From Clostridiales bacterium (GTDB lineage Bacteria > Bacillota > Clostridia > Christensenellales > Borkfalkiaceae): a stretch of DNA of 64,000 nucleotides. The notes under the pieces are model-generated. The model saw only the letters and a program-made list of their open reading frames with translations. It made no database searches and was not told where the DNA came from. The stretch lies in the NCBI GenBank assembly GCA_015055725.1, contig SVHO01000005.1:76-64075 (forward strand), read 5' to 3'. This document shows, in pieces, positions 11,618-21,390 of this stretch (position 1 is its first letter; the number at the start of each line of letters is the position of its first letter). Both the position numbers and the translations under genes were made by a program.

Positions 11618-11685
11618 AGACGGTCGACAAAACTTATCGATTTTTTGCTTCCCACAGGTTAACCCTGCTTGTCCGTCAGTTGCAA
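11611..11685 (-). promoter_or_regulatory. ZTP (pfl-motif) riboswitch aptamer
   Basis: Minus strand reads UUGCA ACUGACGG ACAAG CAGGGUUAACCUG UGGGAAGCAA, then a 21-nt linker, then CCGUCUGGGCAG. This matches the two conserved ZTP blocks, and the pseudoknot pair (GACGG/CCGUC) is kept by compensatory changes. Confidence 0.75.
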
Positions 11686-11713
11686 AAAACGTTTAAATTC
11701 AGATAACGTAATC

Positions 11714-11743
11714 AGTATAACATTTCGTGACGGAAATTGTCAA
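11714..11743 (-). promoter_or_regulatory. sigma-A type promoter of the pur operon
   Basis: TTGACA (11738-11743), 18-nt spacer, TATACT (11714-19) on the minus strand. Confidence 0.55.
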
Positions 11744-11793
11744 ATATTTTTAACCTGCAATCGCAAACAAAAAATCTCTTTTAATAAAATTTT

Positions 11794-13254
11794 TTAACCT
11801 TTTTTCCAAGTGCGCGGGATAAACAATATGAGCATAGGGAAAATCTCAAGTCTACCTATCAACATAACGAAAGATAGAAGTATTTTCGACGGTGCCGAAT
11901 AAAACGCATAACTGAACATCGGCCCAACTTTATCAAACCCAGGGCCAACGTTGCCTATACATGCAAGCGTTGCCGAAAAGTTAGAAAACAAGTTGCTTTT
12001 AGGGTCCAAAGAAAGAATTAGCGTTGAAAGTACCACTATTATCGCCCAAAGGATAAAGTACGTTCTAACGTTTCTTTCAGTGTTTTTATCCAAAACTTCC
12101 CCTTCAAACTTAGTGGTCACGACTGCGCGCGGGTGTATAAGCCTTTTAAAGTCAGACGTGCTTGACTTGCAGAGAATTACTAAACGCGCAACCTTTATTC
12201 CACCACCAGTAGAGCCACCGCATGACCCCACGATAGTTAAAATCATAAGCACGGCTCTTGAGAATTCAGGCCATGCGTCAAAGTTAGCAGAAGTAAGCCC
12301 CGTGGTTGAACCTATCGATGCAACTTGGAAAAAAGAATGCTTTAAGGCTTCACCAAACGTCGAATAAATTTCAGACGCGCTAACTAACAAGTTAATTGTT
12401 ATCGTCACGGTTGCAACTAAAATGATTACAATAAACGCGCGCACTTCTTCAATAGCGAAAGCCTTTGCAACACTGCCGATTAAAATTAAATAAAAAGCGT
12501 TAAAGTTTATCGAAAAAATAAACATAAATATTGCAAGCACGATTTGAACGTATGAAGAATAACTCATAGCGCTGTCACTTCTTATTCCAAAACCGCCGGT
12601 TCCCGCCGTAGAAAAAGACATTAAAAAACTGTCTAATAACGGCATTTTACCGCACAATAAAAACACAACTTGGACGAGCGTTAAGGTGATGTAAATCCCG
12701 TAAAGTATCCTAGCGGTAAAGCGCAACTTACTTGCCAACTTTCCAACTGACGGACCAGGTGATTCAGTGCGAAAAACGTGCATTACTCCCGCGTTATTCG
12801 CAGGCATTATGGCAAGCACGAAAACGAGTATACCCATACCGCCTATCCAATGTGTGAAAAGTCTCCAAAACATCAATGCTTTGGGCATGCTTTCAATTTG
12901 TTGAGAAGTCAAAATAGACGCGCCAGTAGTAGTAAAACCTGAAACGGTTTCAAAAACAGCGTCTATGTAATTTGGAATTACACCGCCTATAACGAAAGGA
13001 ACTGCCCCAACTAAGGATAAAAAAATCCAAGAAAGTGCTACTATAACGAAACCTTCTTTTGCGTATAAAGACGTATCTTTAGCTTTTAAAAAAGTTAAAG
13101 GCGCGCCAATCGCAATTAAACACAAAATAGGCACTAAAAACGAAATAAAATTATTTTCTTGATAAATAACTCCCACGAGCATTGGAAACATCATAAGCAC
13201 CGCTTCTATCAAAAGCGTTTTTCCAAGCAATGAAAGCACGACCTTATAATTCAT
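11794..13254 (-). CDS. trkH: TrkH/KtrB-family potassium uptake membrane subunit
   Basis: 486 aa, polytopic. Repeated pore-loop motifs (TTTGAS, TAGTGGFG, STTGLT, GGSTGGGIK) are typical of the TrkH family. Adjacent to trkA. Confidence 0.9.
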   Translation of the reverse strand: MNYKVVLSLLGKTLLIEAVLMMFPMLVGVIYQENNFISFLVPILCLIAIGAPLTFLKAKDTSLYAKEGFVIVALSWIFLSLVGAVPFVIGGVIPNYIDAVFETVSGFTTTGASILTSQQIESMPKALMFWRLFTHWIGGMGILVFVLAIMPANNAGVMHVFRTESPGPSVGKLASKLRFTARILYGIYITLTLVQVVFLLCGKMPLLDSFLMSFSTAGTGGFGIRSDSAMSYSSYVQIVLAIFMFIFSINFNAFYLILIGSVAKAFAIEEVRAFIVIILVATVTITINLLVSASEIYSTFGEALKHSFFQVASIGSTTGLTSANFDAWPEFSRAVLMILTIVGSCGGSTGGGIKVARLVILCKSSTSDFKRLIHPRAVVTTKFEGEVLDKNTERNVRTYFILWAIIVVLSTLILSLDPKSNLFSNFSATLACIGNVGPGFDKVGPMFSYAFYSAPSKILLSFVMLIGRLEIFPMLILFIPRTWKKG

Positions 13255-13256
13255 AT

Positions 13257-14609
13257 CTACCTTAAAATTTGTGATAGTTCGGTTATGTTTCTAATAGCCG
13301 TCACAACAATTACCTTATCACCTTTTCGTAATTTTGTTTCGCCAGAAGGCAAAACGAATTGATTATCTCTAACTATTCCGCCAAGCAAAATCCCGTTCTT
13401 AACGCCCAAATCTTTAATAGCAACGTCAATCTTAGGGAAATCGTTTCCAACGGTAAATTCTAACGCTTCCGCCTTGTCGCTAAGTTTATATAGCGTGTTA
13501 ATTCCGTTTCCAGTAAACGCTTGATGCGCGCGAACGAAACGCACTATTTCATTTGCGATAACTTTTCTTGGCGAAACGACCGTGTCAAGTCCCAATTGTT
13601 TAACCATATTGTGAACGGATGGACGGTCAACTTTAGTTATAACTTTACTTACGCCTTGCTCTTTTGCGTATAAAGATATAATAACGTTCTCTTCGTCTAT
13701 TCCAGTAAGGGCAACGCACGCATCACTATCTTTTAATTTTTCTTCTTCAAGCACTTCTTGTTCCGTTCCGTCACACAATAAAATAGTTGCAGACGGCAAA
13801 CTTCCGCTAAGTTCGTTAGCGCGCGCTTCGTCTTTTTCTATAATCTTAACGCTTACGCCGGAAGAAATGAGTTGCTTTGCCAAATAATAAGCAATTTTTC
13901 CGCCACCAATAATAAACACTGATTTTGAACGGCGCTTAAAAATTTGCAACTTTTTTGTAAAGTTTGCAAGCGAATTTTCTGATGCAATAAGGTAAACGAT
14001 ATCCCCTGCTTTTATAACGAAATCACCGCGCGGAATAAAAACTTCGTTTTCACGCGCTATCATAGCGAAAAGAAAATCGTTTCCATATTCAGCAGAAATA
14101 TCTTTTATCTGCTTATCTATCATCGGGTTGCCGTTTAGCACGGTAAATTCAACCATGTTTGCACCACCGTCTGCAAAACTTTCAACGCTATTTGCTGATG
14201 GAAATTTAAGCACTTGGCAAATTTCTTTTGCCGTTTCAAGTTCAGGGTTAAAAGAATAGTCCAACCCTAAATCGTCACGCATGTTTTCCATTTCTTTAAA
14301 ATACTCTGGGTCTCGAACGCGTGCTATAGTGCTTTTTGCACCGAGTTTTCTTGCTAAAACGCAACACAAGATATTCTTTTCGTCTTGAGCGGTACAAGCA
14401 ATAACGAAATCGGCTTTGTCAACGCCTGCGTCTAATAAAACGCTTCGCTCAATTCCTCCGCCAGTCACACCGTTAACGTCATAACGGTTAACCACTTCTT
14501 GCACCCTTTCGGAACTGATATCCACAACGACTATATCGTGATTTTCGTTTATAAGATTGGCAACTAAGGTTTCCCCAACTTTGCCCACGCCTATTATAAC
14601 TAAATTCAT
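13257..14609 (-). CDS. trkA: Trk system NAD-binding peripheral subunit
   Basis: 450 aa with two RCK_N Rossmann folds (MNLVIIGVGKVG and VFIIGGGKIAYYLA), each followed by an RCK_C segment. Confidence 0.9.
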   Translation of the reverse strand: MNLVIIGVGKVGETLVANLINENHDIVVVDISSERVQEVVNRYDVNGVTGGGIERSVLLDAGVDKADFVIACTAQDEKNILCCVLARKLGAKSTIARVRDPEYFKEMENMRDDLGLDYSFNPELETAKEICQVLKFPSANSVESFADGGANMVEFTVLNGNPMIDKQIKDISAEYGNDFLFAMIARENEVFIPRGDFVIKAGDIVYLIASENSLANFTKKLQIFKRRSKSVFIIGGGKIAYYLAKQLISSGVSVKIIEKDEARANELSGSLPSATILLCDGTEQEVLEEEKLKDSDACVALTGIDEENVIISLYAKEQGVSKVITKVDRPSVHNMVKQLGLDTVVSPRKVIANEIVRFVRAHQAFTGNGINTLYKLSDKAEALEFTVGNDFPKIDVAIKDLGVKNGILLGGIVRDNQFVLPSGETKLRKGDKVIVVTAIRNITELSQILR

Positions 14610-14664
14610 ATTCTTTCCTTTTTGTCGTCCAAGTTTTAAGCACTTAAGTGTTTAAACTTGTTAT

Positions 14665-14693
14665 ATTATACCAAAAAAAAATTTTTTTTACAA
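14665..14693 (-). promoter_or_regulatory. promoter of trkA-trkH
   Basis: Minus strand: TTGTAA, 17-nt spacer, extended -10 TGGTATAAT. Confidence 0.5.
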
Positions 14694-14827
14694 CTATTTT
14701 ATAACAGCGTATAAATTCGCTTGTTTTACACTTACAATTTTGTCTTACCAATTTTATAGTTTTCTTCTTTTCATATTTCCTTCTACCTTGTTTTTTAACC
14801 TTTTAGTTTTTTATCCCTTTATAATAC

Positions 14828-14856
14828 TTGAATAAACTGAGTTTTTGTTGTATAAT
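14828..14856 (+). promoter_or_regulatory. promoter of the O-antigen-ligase-like gene
   Basis: TTGAAT, 17-nt spacer, TATAAT. The -10 ends only 9 nt before ATG 14866. Confidence 0.5.
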
Positions 14857-14865
14857 ATCACTGTT

Positions 14866-16296
14866 ATGGAAAAAACTCATGATAAATCAATAATTAAAAA
14901 CGGCGCTCTATTAAACGCCTTGACAAATTTCTTTTACAGCAAGTATTACCCCGTTTACGTTGCCCTTTTTTCCGTTCTTTTCTACACGGCAAAAACGCCC
15001 GTAATCAGTTTGGTTTTTTACATACTTCTCGCATGTTTAGCTCTTTTATTTTTTAGAGACTTAACGCCGTTTATGCCTTTACCGGTAATGCTTATGATGT
15101 CTTTTTCAGACTTATCATTTTTCGGCAATCCATTTTGCTTATGTTTGATAGGTCTTTGCGCGATTTGTCTTATCGCACACTTTATTCTATACCCCATCAA
15201 AAAGTTTAAATTTGGAAAACTTTTTCTTCCAATTTGTTTAGTAAGCGTTGCACTTTTTGCAGGTGGTCTTTTTTCGCCTTACCTTAGCGGTTATGCGCGT
15301 GGGCTTGCTTCTTCTTTAACTGTTGGCCCAATGATTTTATTAGAATACCTTTTATTCACAAATTACTTTTGTCCACCTGATAATTTTGACTATAAAGAAC
15401 ACTTTATATTTATAATTGCCGTCGCTGGTTGTTTAATTTCAGCCGATATGCTCGTTCACGAATACTTAGTTTCTTTTAACAAAAAAATAATGTACCAGAT
15501 GGGTTTTGGCAACACCAACATAATGGGCGCGGCGTTACTCGTCACAATCCCTGCTTGTTGGTATTTCGTCTGTGTAAAACGCAAAATGCTTGTGCCTTTT
15601 ATCGCTCTTATATTTAACTATTTGGCCGTTTATCTAACTAATAGCGACGGTGCTCTAGGCGTTGCCGGTGCGTGCATACCCGTTTTAGCTACAATCGGTT
15701 ATATTAAAGCAGACGAATATCACAAGAAAACGTTTATTAAATGGGGACTTATTCTTTGTGGCGTTGCCGTTCTCGGATTACTTATAATTTCTTTTAAGGT
15801 TGACCTTTACGAATTTGTTTTAGCGTTTTTAAACAAAGTATCGACGGACAACGGTCGTACACCTTTATACATACTTGCTATTGAAATGTTTTCTAAATAT
15901 CCTATTTTTGGAATTGGTCTTGGTTATTTCGATCCATCATTAAATAATACAGGTAATCTTAATAACGTTGTTGCTCTTATTTTTAGTTTTCACTCAACCT
16001 TTTTCCACATAATAGCAACGATGGGAATTTTAGGGATTATAACTTACGCAATTTATTACGTTGCTCGCTATAAAATAATTCTTAAAAAAGACGGAATATT
16101 TAACGTGACCACTTATCTATCTTTTTCAATGCTTCAAGTTTACGGAATGATAGATACGTGTGAATTCCACGCTTTGCCAATTTTAATTTTCTTAACTTTA
16201 TTTTTCGTTATAACCGAACGTAGCAACAATGAAAAAGGCAACGACCAAGCGTTGCCTTTAACGAGAAAAGATATAAAATTTTCAAAACTAATTTAA
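14866..16296 (+). CDS. O-antigen ligase/polymerase-like (Wzy_C-type) polytopic membrane protein
   Basis: About 12 predicted TM segments, with a loop followed by SFHSTFFHIIATMGILGI, as in O-antigen ligase-like proteins. ATG 14866 is preferred over the track's TTG at 14845. No RBS is visible for either start. Confidence 0.55.
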   Translation: MEKTHDKSIIKNGALLNALTNFFYSKYYPVYVALFSVLFYTAKTPVISLVFYILLACLALLFFRDLTPFMPLPVMLMMSFSDLSFFGNPFCLCLIGLCAICLIAHFILYPIKKFKFGKLFLPICLVSVALFAGGLFSPYLSGYARGLASSLTVGPMILLEYLLFTNYFCPPDNFDYKEHFIFIIAVAGCLISADMLVHEYLVSFNKKIMYQMGFGNTNIMGAALLVTIPACWYFVCVKRKMLVPFIALIFNYLAVYLTNSDGALGVAGACIPVLATIGYIKADEYHKKTFIKWGLILCGVAVLGLLIISFKVDLYEFVLAFLNKVSTDNGRTPLYILAIEMFSKYPIFGIGLGYFDPSLNNTGNLNNVVALIFSFHSTFFHIIATMGILGIITYAIYYVARYKIILKKDGIFNVTTYLSFSMLQVYGMIDTCEFHALPILIFLTLFFVITERSNNEKGNDQALPLTRKDIKFSKLI

Positions 16297-18119
16297 TTGC
16301 GCCTATCAATGACGTAAGTAGGAACAAGTTGGTGAACCAAATCTTTCATTCCGTCCGATTCACTGCTTGCAAAATTCAATAATTCTTCAAGTTTTTCAAA
16401 CAACTTGCTATCAATTTCCAAAGGTTTACCTATGGAAATTTTTTCATTTTCAGTCTTTTTTAAGCCTTCTTCAGCCATAAGCCTTTCTTCGTAAAGTTTT
16501 TCACCAGGACGAAGCCCCGTGACTTTAACGTCTATATCCTTAAATGGCTCATACCCCGAAAGTTTAATCATGTTGATAGCAAGGTCGTAAATTCTAACTT
16601 GTTCACCCATATCAAGAACGAAAATTTCACCGCCGTTAGCATATGCGCCTGCTTGTAAAACCAAACTAACCGCCTCAGGAATAGTCATAAAATAGCGAAC
16701 TATATCTTTGTGTGTGACGGTGAGTGGTCCACCTTCTTTGATTTGACGCTTAAATAGTGGAATAACCGAACCATTAGAGCCTAAAACGTTTCCAAAACGA
16801 ACGGCAACGTAATCAGTTTTATATTTTTTGTCCATAGACTGAACTATCATTTCACAAATGCGCTTGGTTGCCCCCATTATATTAGTTGGGTTAACCGCTT
16901 TATCGGTGGATATAAGAATAAATCTTTCAGCGCCGTATTCTCCTGCGTATTTTGCAACGTTTAGCGTTCCACCGACGTTGTTTTTAACTGCTTCGTTGGG
17001 GCTTGTTTCCATAAGTGGAACGTGTTTATGCGCAGCCGCGTGGAAAACGATTTGCGGTTTATACTTTTTAAACACGTCGTCCATCTTATTTTTATCACGA
17101 ACGCTTGCGATAAGAACGGTCAAATTAAGATTAGGTAATTTTCTAATAAGTTCTTGCTCTATATCGTAAGCATTATTTTCATAAATATCTAAAATTATAA
17201 GTTTTGCAGGGTTATGCATTGCAATTTGACGGCAAAGCTCACTACCGATAGAGCCACCGCCACCCGTGACCATAACAACCTTGCCTTCGATATAACCCAT
17301 AATCTCACTGAGATTTACCTTAACTTGTTCTCTGCCGAGCAAGTCGGTTATGCTAACGGGTTTAATGTCTGAAACTGAAACTTGACCCGTCGTTAACTGG
17401 TAAATACCGGGGATAATTTTTACTTTACAATTAGTCTTTTGACACTCGTTTGCAATTCTGCTAATCTCTTTTTTGTTTACGCTTGGCATAGCGATAATGA
17501 TTTCTGAGACGCCGTATTTTTCCGCATACTCTCTAACTTCACTCGTCTTGCCACATACTTTAACGCCGTTTATATAACGATTAATTTTATTAGGGTCATC
17601 GTCTAAAACGCAAACGGGGCGCATGTTATACTTTTCAGAAGTTTTCATTTCGCGAATAAGCATATCGCCTGCACTTCCCGCGCCTATAATCATAACGCGT
17701 TTTTCTTCTTTATTCATCTTGTGCCACTTGCCTGCGTTTTTAAACGTTTCGATTATCTTAAACCAAAAACGGCTTATGACGGTAGTGAATAAAACAGCAA
17801 CTGAAAGGATAATAGCCCACTCTTTAACGAGCACAACGCTTATCCAACTCACAAGCATATTATACACAGCCATAACGACTGAGGCGCAAACTATCCTAAT
17901 CATATCAGATAGCCCTGCGTACCTAACTAAAATGGAATAAATTTTAAGTCCAAAATTAAGCGAAATTAAAAGAATAACGCCTATAACCATATAAGGCCAA
18001 GTTTGAACTAAACTTTCGCTAACGCTTCTTCTAAGCAACACTATTGAAAGCAAGTATGCCAAAATATAGCAAGCGCAATCGAAAAATAAAAGAATGAACG
18101 TTTTAATCTTTCTGCTCAT
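16293..18119 (-). CDS. membrane-anchored nucleotide-sugar 4,6-dehydratase/epimerase (CapD/PglF/WbpM family)
   Basis: N-terminal TM helices, two Rossmann motifs (IIGAGSAG and VTGGGGSIGSEL) and the SDR catalytic region, matching CapD-like polysaccharide biosynthesis proteins. Start taken at MSRKIKTF. Confidence 0.85.
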   Translation of the reverse strand: MSRKIKTFILLFFDCACYILAYLLSIVLLRRSVSESLVQTWPYMVIGVILLISLNFGLKIYSILVRYAGLSDMIRIVCASVVMAVYNMLVSWISVVLVKEWAIILSVAVLFTTVISRFWFKIIETFKNAGKWHKMNKEEKRVMIIGAGSAGDMLIREMKTSEKYNMRPVCVLDDDPNKINRYINGVKVCGKTSEVREYAEKYGVSEIIIAMPSVNKKEISRIANECQKTNCKVKIIPGIYQLTTGQVSVSDIKPVSITDLLGREQVKVNLSEIMGYIEGKVVMVTGGGGSIGSELCRQIAMHNPAKLIILDIYENNAYDIEQELIRKLPNLNLTVLIASVRDKNKMDDVFKKYKPQIVFHAAAHKHVPLMETSPNEAVKNNVGGTLNVAKYAGEYGAERFILISTDKAVNPTNIMGATKRICEMIVQSMDKKYKTDYVAVRFGNVLGSNGSVIPLFKRQIKEGGPLTVTHKDIVRYFMTIPEAVSLVLQAGAYANGGEIFVLDMGEQVRIYDLAINMIKLSGYEPFKDIDVKVTGLRPGEKLYEERLMAEEGLKKTENEKISIGKPLEIDSKLFEKLEELLNFASSESDGMKDLVHQLVPTYVIDRRN

Positions 18120-19929
18120 TTGTTTCCCCCAAAGCATTTGTGATAATTTCCGTAATCTTATCTATTGTTAAGCCGTTTTTTTGCATTTGTTCTTCAACAC
18201 TTCCGTGTGCAACGAAACGGTCTTTAACACCTAAATTTATAACCTTTACAGGTATTTGTTTATTAGCATAATAACCACAAACAGTTGAGCCAAAACCACC
18301 GATAACGCTATTTTCTTCTAACGTTATAATTAAAGTGTTTTTAATTTGCTCTAACGTTTTTTCGCAAAGCGGTTTAACCGTTCTTGCATTCACAACAAAA
18401 ATTCCGTGAATTTTATCCGCAACGTCAAGCGCAAGTTGTAGCATACGCGGACCAACTGCAAGCAAGGTGACTTTATCGCCATTTTTAATTATTTCCCAAG
18501 GATTATCTTTAACACTTAAAACTTCACGCTCACACATAGCGTTTTTAGGATATCGGATTGCGCAAGGACAACCAAGTTCTAACGCGTAATCAATCATTAA
18601 CTCTAATTCTTTAAGCGTGGTTGGTGCAAAAATTTTAATATTTGGCACGTGCGTTAGATAACTTAAGTCAAACACCCCTTGATGTGTTTTTCCGTCACCG
18701 CCGACAAACCCCGCCCTATCCATACAGAAAATCACGGGTAAATTTTGCATGCACACGTCGTGAACAATTTGGTCGTAAGCGCGTTGTAAAAAAGTTGAAT
18801 AAACGCAAACGATAGGTTTAAGCCCCCCTGCCGCCATACCTGCGGAATAGGTGACTGCAAATTCTTCAGCAATACCTACGTCGTAAAAATTTTGAAAGTT
18901 TTGCTTTTCAACCGCGCAAAGACCAGTTCCGTCTTTCATCCCAGCGGTCACGGCAACGACTGTTTTATCATTTTCGATAACTTTATTGAGTTTTTCGCCA
19001 AGCGTATTTGCAAAACTTCCCGTTTCACACGTTAAGTTTGCGCCAACGCCGTGATAAACGTCTGCATGCTCTTCTGCCTTATCGAAACCTTTACCTTTGG
19101 TTGTTTTAACGTGCAAAAAAACTGCTTTATGTTGAGCGGTATACTTTACGCTTTTTAAGATTTTTATAAGTTCACCAACGTCGTTCCCGTTAGCAACGCC
19201 AACGTACTTAAAGCCGTGTTTTTCAAAATAATCGCTCTTATTGAAAAGACGCTTAAAAAAATCTCTAACTGAAATTAGCCAACGCGTGATAAAAGACGAC
19301 CCAAAGATTTTGACAAACCGTCTTTTGCTTGCCACGTATCCTTTGCCCGCCGTCTTTTTGGAAATAAAACGGTAAAACCCGTTTTTGTTTTTAGATATTG
19401 ACATTCCGTTATCGTTAAGGATAACGATATATTTGTTGGGTTTTGAATTGCTTGCTGAAAGGGCTTCAAGATTAAGCCCGTTAGCAATCGCGCCGTCCCC
19501 AACGACGTTTATAACAAAATAGTCTTCGCCCTTATTGTCGCGCGCCGAACAAAAACCAAGCCCTGCTGAAATTGCAGTGCCTGCATGCCCTGCACCAAAC
19601 GCATCAAACTCGCTTTCATTTCTATCGGGAAAACCCGAAATTCCGTCCCCCGTTCTAATCGTGTCAAAACTATCTTTTCTGCCTGAAAGCAACTTATGGG
19701 CATAGCATTGATGCCCTACGTCAAAAATCAATTTATCTTTTGGAAAATCAAAAGTATAATAAAGTGCCAAAGTAGTTTCAACAATGCCTAAATTAGAGGC
19801 TAAGTGACCACCGTTTTTACTAGTCGTTTGTATAATTTGAGTGCGGAGAGTTTGCGCCAATTCTTCAAGTTCTTTTTTATTAAGTTTTTTAATATCAAAC
19901 GGCACGTCGATTTTATCTAAAATATTCAT
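18103..19929 (-). CDS. dxs: 1-deoxy-D-xylulose-5-phosphate synthase
   Basis: MNILDKIDVPFDIKKL...GGHLASNLGIVETTLALYY...DVGHQCYAHKLLSGR, with the ThDP motif GDGAI...NDN. ATG 19929 has a GGAG RBS 5 nt upstream. Confidence 0.95.
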   Translation of the reverse strand: MNILDKIDVPFDIKKLNKKELEELAQTLRTQIIQTTSKNGGHLASNLGIVETTLALYYTFDFPKDKLIFDVGHQCYAHKLLSGRKDSFDTIRTGDGISGFPDRNESEFDAFGAGHAGTAISAGLGFCSARDNKGEDYFVINVVGDGAIANGLNLEALSASNSKPNKYIVILNDNGMSISKNKNGFYRFISKKTAGKGYVASKRRFVKIFGSSFITRWLISVRDFFKRLFNKSDYFEKHGFKYVGVANGNDVGELIKILKSVKYTAQHKAVFLHVKTTKGKGFDKAEEHADVYHGVGANLTCETGSFANTLGEKLNKVIENDKTVVAVTAGMKDGTGLCAVEKQNFQNFYDVGIAEEFAVTYSAGMAAGGLKPIVCVYSTFLQRAYDQIVHDVCMQNLPVIFCMDRAGFVGGDGKTHQGVFDLSYLTHVPNIKIFAPTTLKELELMIDYALELGCPCAIRYPKNAMCEREVLSVKDNPWEIIKNGDKVTLLAVGPRMLQLALDVADKIHGIFVVNARTVKPLCEKTLEQIKNTLIITLEENSVIGGFGSTVCGYYANKQIPVKVINLGVKDRFVAHGSVEEQMQKNGLTIDKITEIITNALGETNEQKD

Positions 19930-20151
19930 TCCCACTCCACGTCATATAACTATACCAAACATTAGTATAATACAAATAAACAAAAAAGTCAATATATGTG
20001 CGCAATTTTAACACCTTTTTAACTCTTTTTTGCTTGATTTTGTTGTTTTTTACGCACACCGTATGGGGTGCAAGAGCTATTCGACATAATTCTGCTTGAC
20101 TAAACTTAGTATCGGGTGTAAAATGTATAAAAAAGTTTAGGCGGTTAAAAT

Positions 20152-21378
20152 ATGCTTACAGGTAAAGTGTTAAACGAATATGCAAAGCTAGTGCTTAAAA
20201 TAGGCGTGAATTTACAAAAAGGACAAGGACTTGAAATAATTTGCCCCGTAGAAAAGCGCACGGTTGCGCACGTTTTGACAAAGACGGCATATCAACTAGG
20301 CGCGAAAATAGTTAACGTGCGTTGGACAGACCAAACGGTTGACAAAATGACGTTTACTTATGCTGACGAAAAAACTTTAACAGAAGTTCCCAAATGGTTA
20401 GTTGATAGTAAAAACTATTTAGTTGAAAATAATTTTTGTTATATCGCCGTGTCTAGCGAAGACCCTTCTGCCTTTAAAAAAATACCCGCTCAAAAAATAG
20501 CAGTTTATTCAAAAGCGCGCTCAAAAGCGCTTAAAAAGTTTTCAGACACGGTTATGGCAAACGGCATAAGGTGGTGCGTTATATCCGTTCCCACGCTTGC
20601 TTGGGCAAAGCAAGTTTTTCCAAATGAGAAAAATCCTGAAAAAACGTTATCTCTCGCCATAGCAAAAACTATGCGCCTTGATACTGAAAACCCAACAGAA
20701 GAGTGGACCAAACACGTTGAAACGTTAGATAAAAGAGCGGAATTTTTAAACCAAACTCAGTTTGAATATTTAATTTTTGAAAATTCTATAGGCACGGATT
20801 TAAAAGTTGGGCTTGCCGACGACCACGTTTGGCTTTCTGCCAAAGAAATTGCAAAAGACGGCTTGCCTTTCGTTGCCAACATGCCCACCGAAGAAGTTTT
20901 CACCGCCCCACATAGACTTAAAGTTGACGGGGTTTTAAAATCGGCAATGCCCCTTTGTGAAAACGGGCAAATAATAGACGACTTTTCTATAACTTTCAAA
21001 GATGGAAAAATTACGGATTTTTGTGCGAAAAAGGGTTATGAAACGTTAAAGCAACTTATAAACACGGATAGTGGAACGGCTCGTCTTGGAGAAGTTGCGC
21101 TTATAGGCAAAAATTCGCCTATTGCTAAAAGCGGAATATTGTTTTATAACACGTTGTTTGATGAAAATGCAAGTTGCCATTTAGCAATTGGCAAAGCCTA
21201 CCCAACCACCATTAAAAACGGAAACAACCTTTCTGTTAAAGAACTTTTAGAAAAGGGTGCAAACGATTCGGTTGAACACGTTGACTTTATGATAGGAACA
21301 AAAGACCTTAGCGTTCGCGGAATTAAAAAAGACGGAACGGAAATCGTTTTATTTAAAGACGGAGAGTGGAATATTTAA
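20152..21378 (+). CDS. aminopeptidase, M29 (PepS/AmpS) family
   Basis: 408 aa. LNEYAKLVLKIGVNLQKGQ N-terminus and EVFTAP and FDENASCHLAIG motifs are typical of thermophilic-metalloprotease (M29) aminopeptidases. Confidence 0.8.
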   Translation: MLTGKVLNEYAKLVLKIGVNLQKGQGLEIICPVEKRTVAHVLTKTAYQLGAKIVNVRWTDQTVDKMTFTYADEKTLTEVPKWLVDSKNYLVENNFCYIAVSSEDPSAFKKIPAQKIAVYSKARSKALKKFSDTVMANGIRWCVISVPTLAWAKQVFPNEKNPEKTLSLAIAKTMRLDTENPTEEWTKHVETLDKRAEFLNQTQFEYLIFENSIGTDLKVGLADDHVWLSAKEIAKDGLPFVANMPTEEVFTAPHRLKVDGVLKSAMPLCENGQIIDDFSITFKDGKITDFCAKKGYETLKQLINTDSGTARLGEVALIGKNSPIAKSGILFYNTLFDENASCHLAIGKAYPTTIKNGNNLSVKELLEKGANDSVEHVDFMIGTKDLSVRGIKKDGTEIVLFKDGEWNI

Positions 21379-21390
21379 CAAAGGAATAAT

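Noticed and set aside
7848-11630. N-terminal extensions given by the ORF track for purN (to 7928), purM (to 9557), purF (to 11064) and purE (to 11630). The same applies to dxs, queA, degV, yceD, the YtxH-like gene and giant protein 3.
   Set aside because: Internal ATGs preceded by AGGAG-type RBS coincide with the canonical family N-termini. The extensions run through upstream genes, leaders or terminators.
11583-11743. A purine (guanine/adenine) riboswitch as the pur operon leader.
   Set aside because: The leader lacks the three-way-junction core motifs of the purine riboswitch. Instead it matches both ZTP blocks with a compensated pseudoknot.
14610-14693. A c-di-AMP (ydaO/kimA-type) riboswitch upstream of trkA-trkH.
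   Set aside because: The predicted 5' UTR is only about 55 nt. It contains just one imperfect inverted repeat (AAGTTTTAAGCACTT/AAGTGTTTAAACTT, 14631-14659), which is far too short for that riboswitch.
14733-14753. A five-codon mini-ORF (MKRRKL) with a weak RBS on the minus strand upstream of trkA.
   Set aside because: It lies upstream of the predicted trkA promoter, so it would not be on the transcript. It is too short and unsupported.
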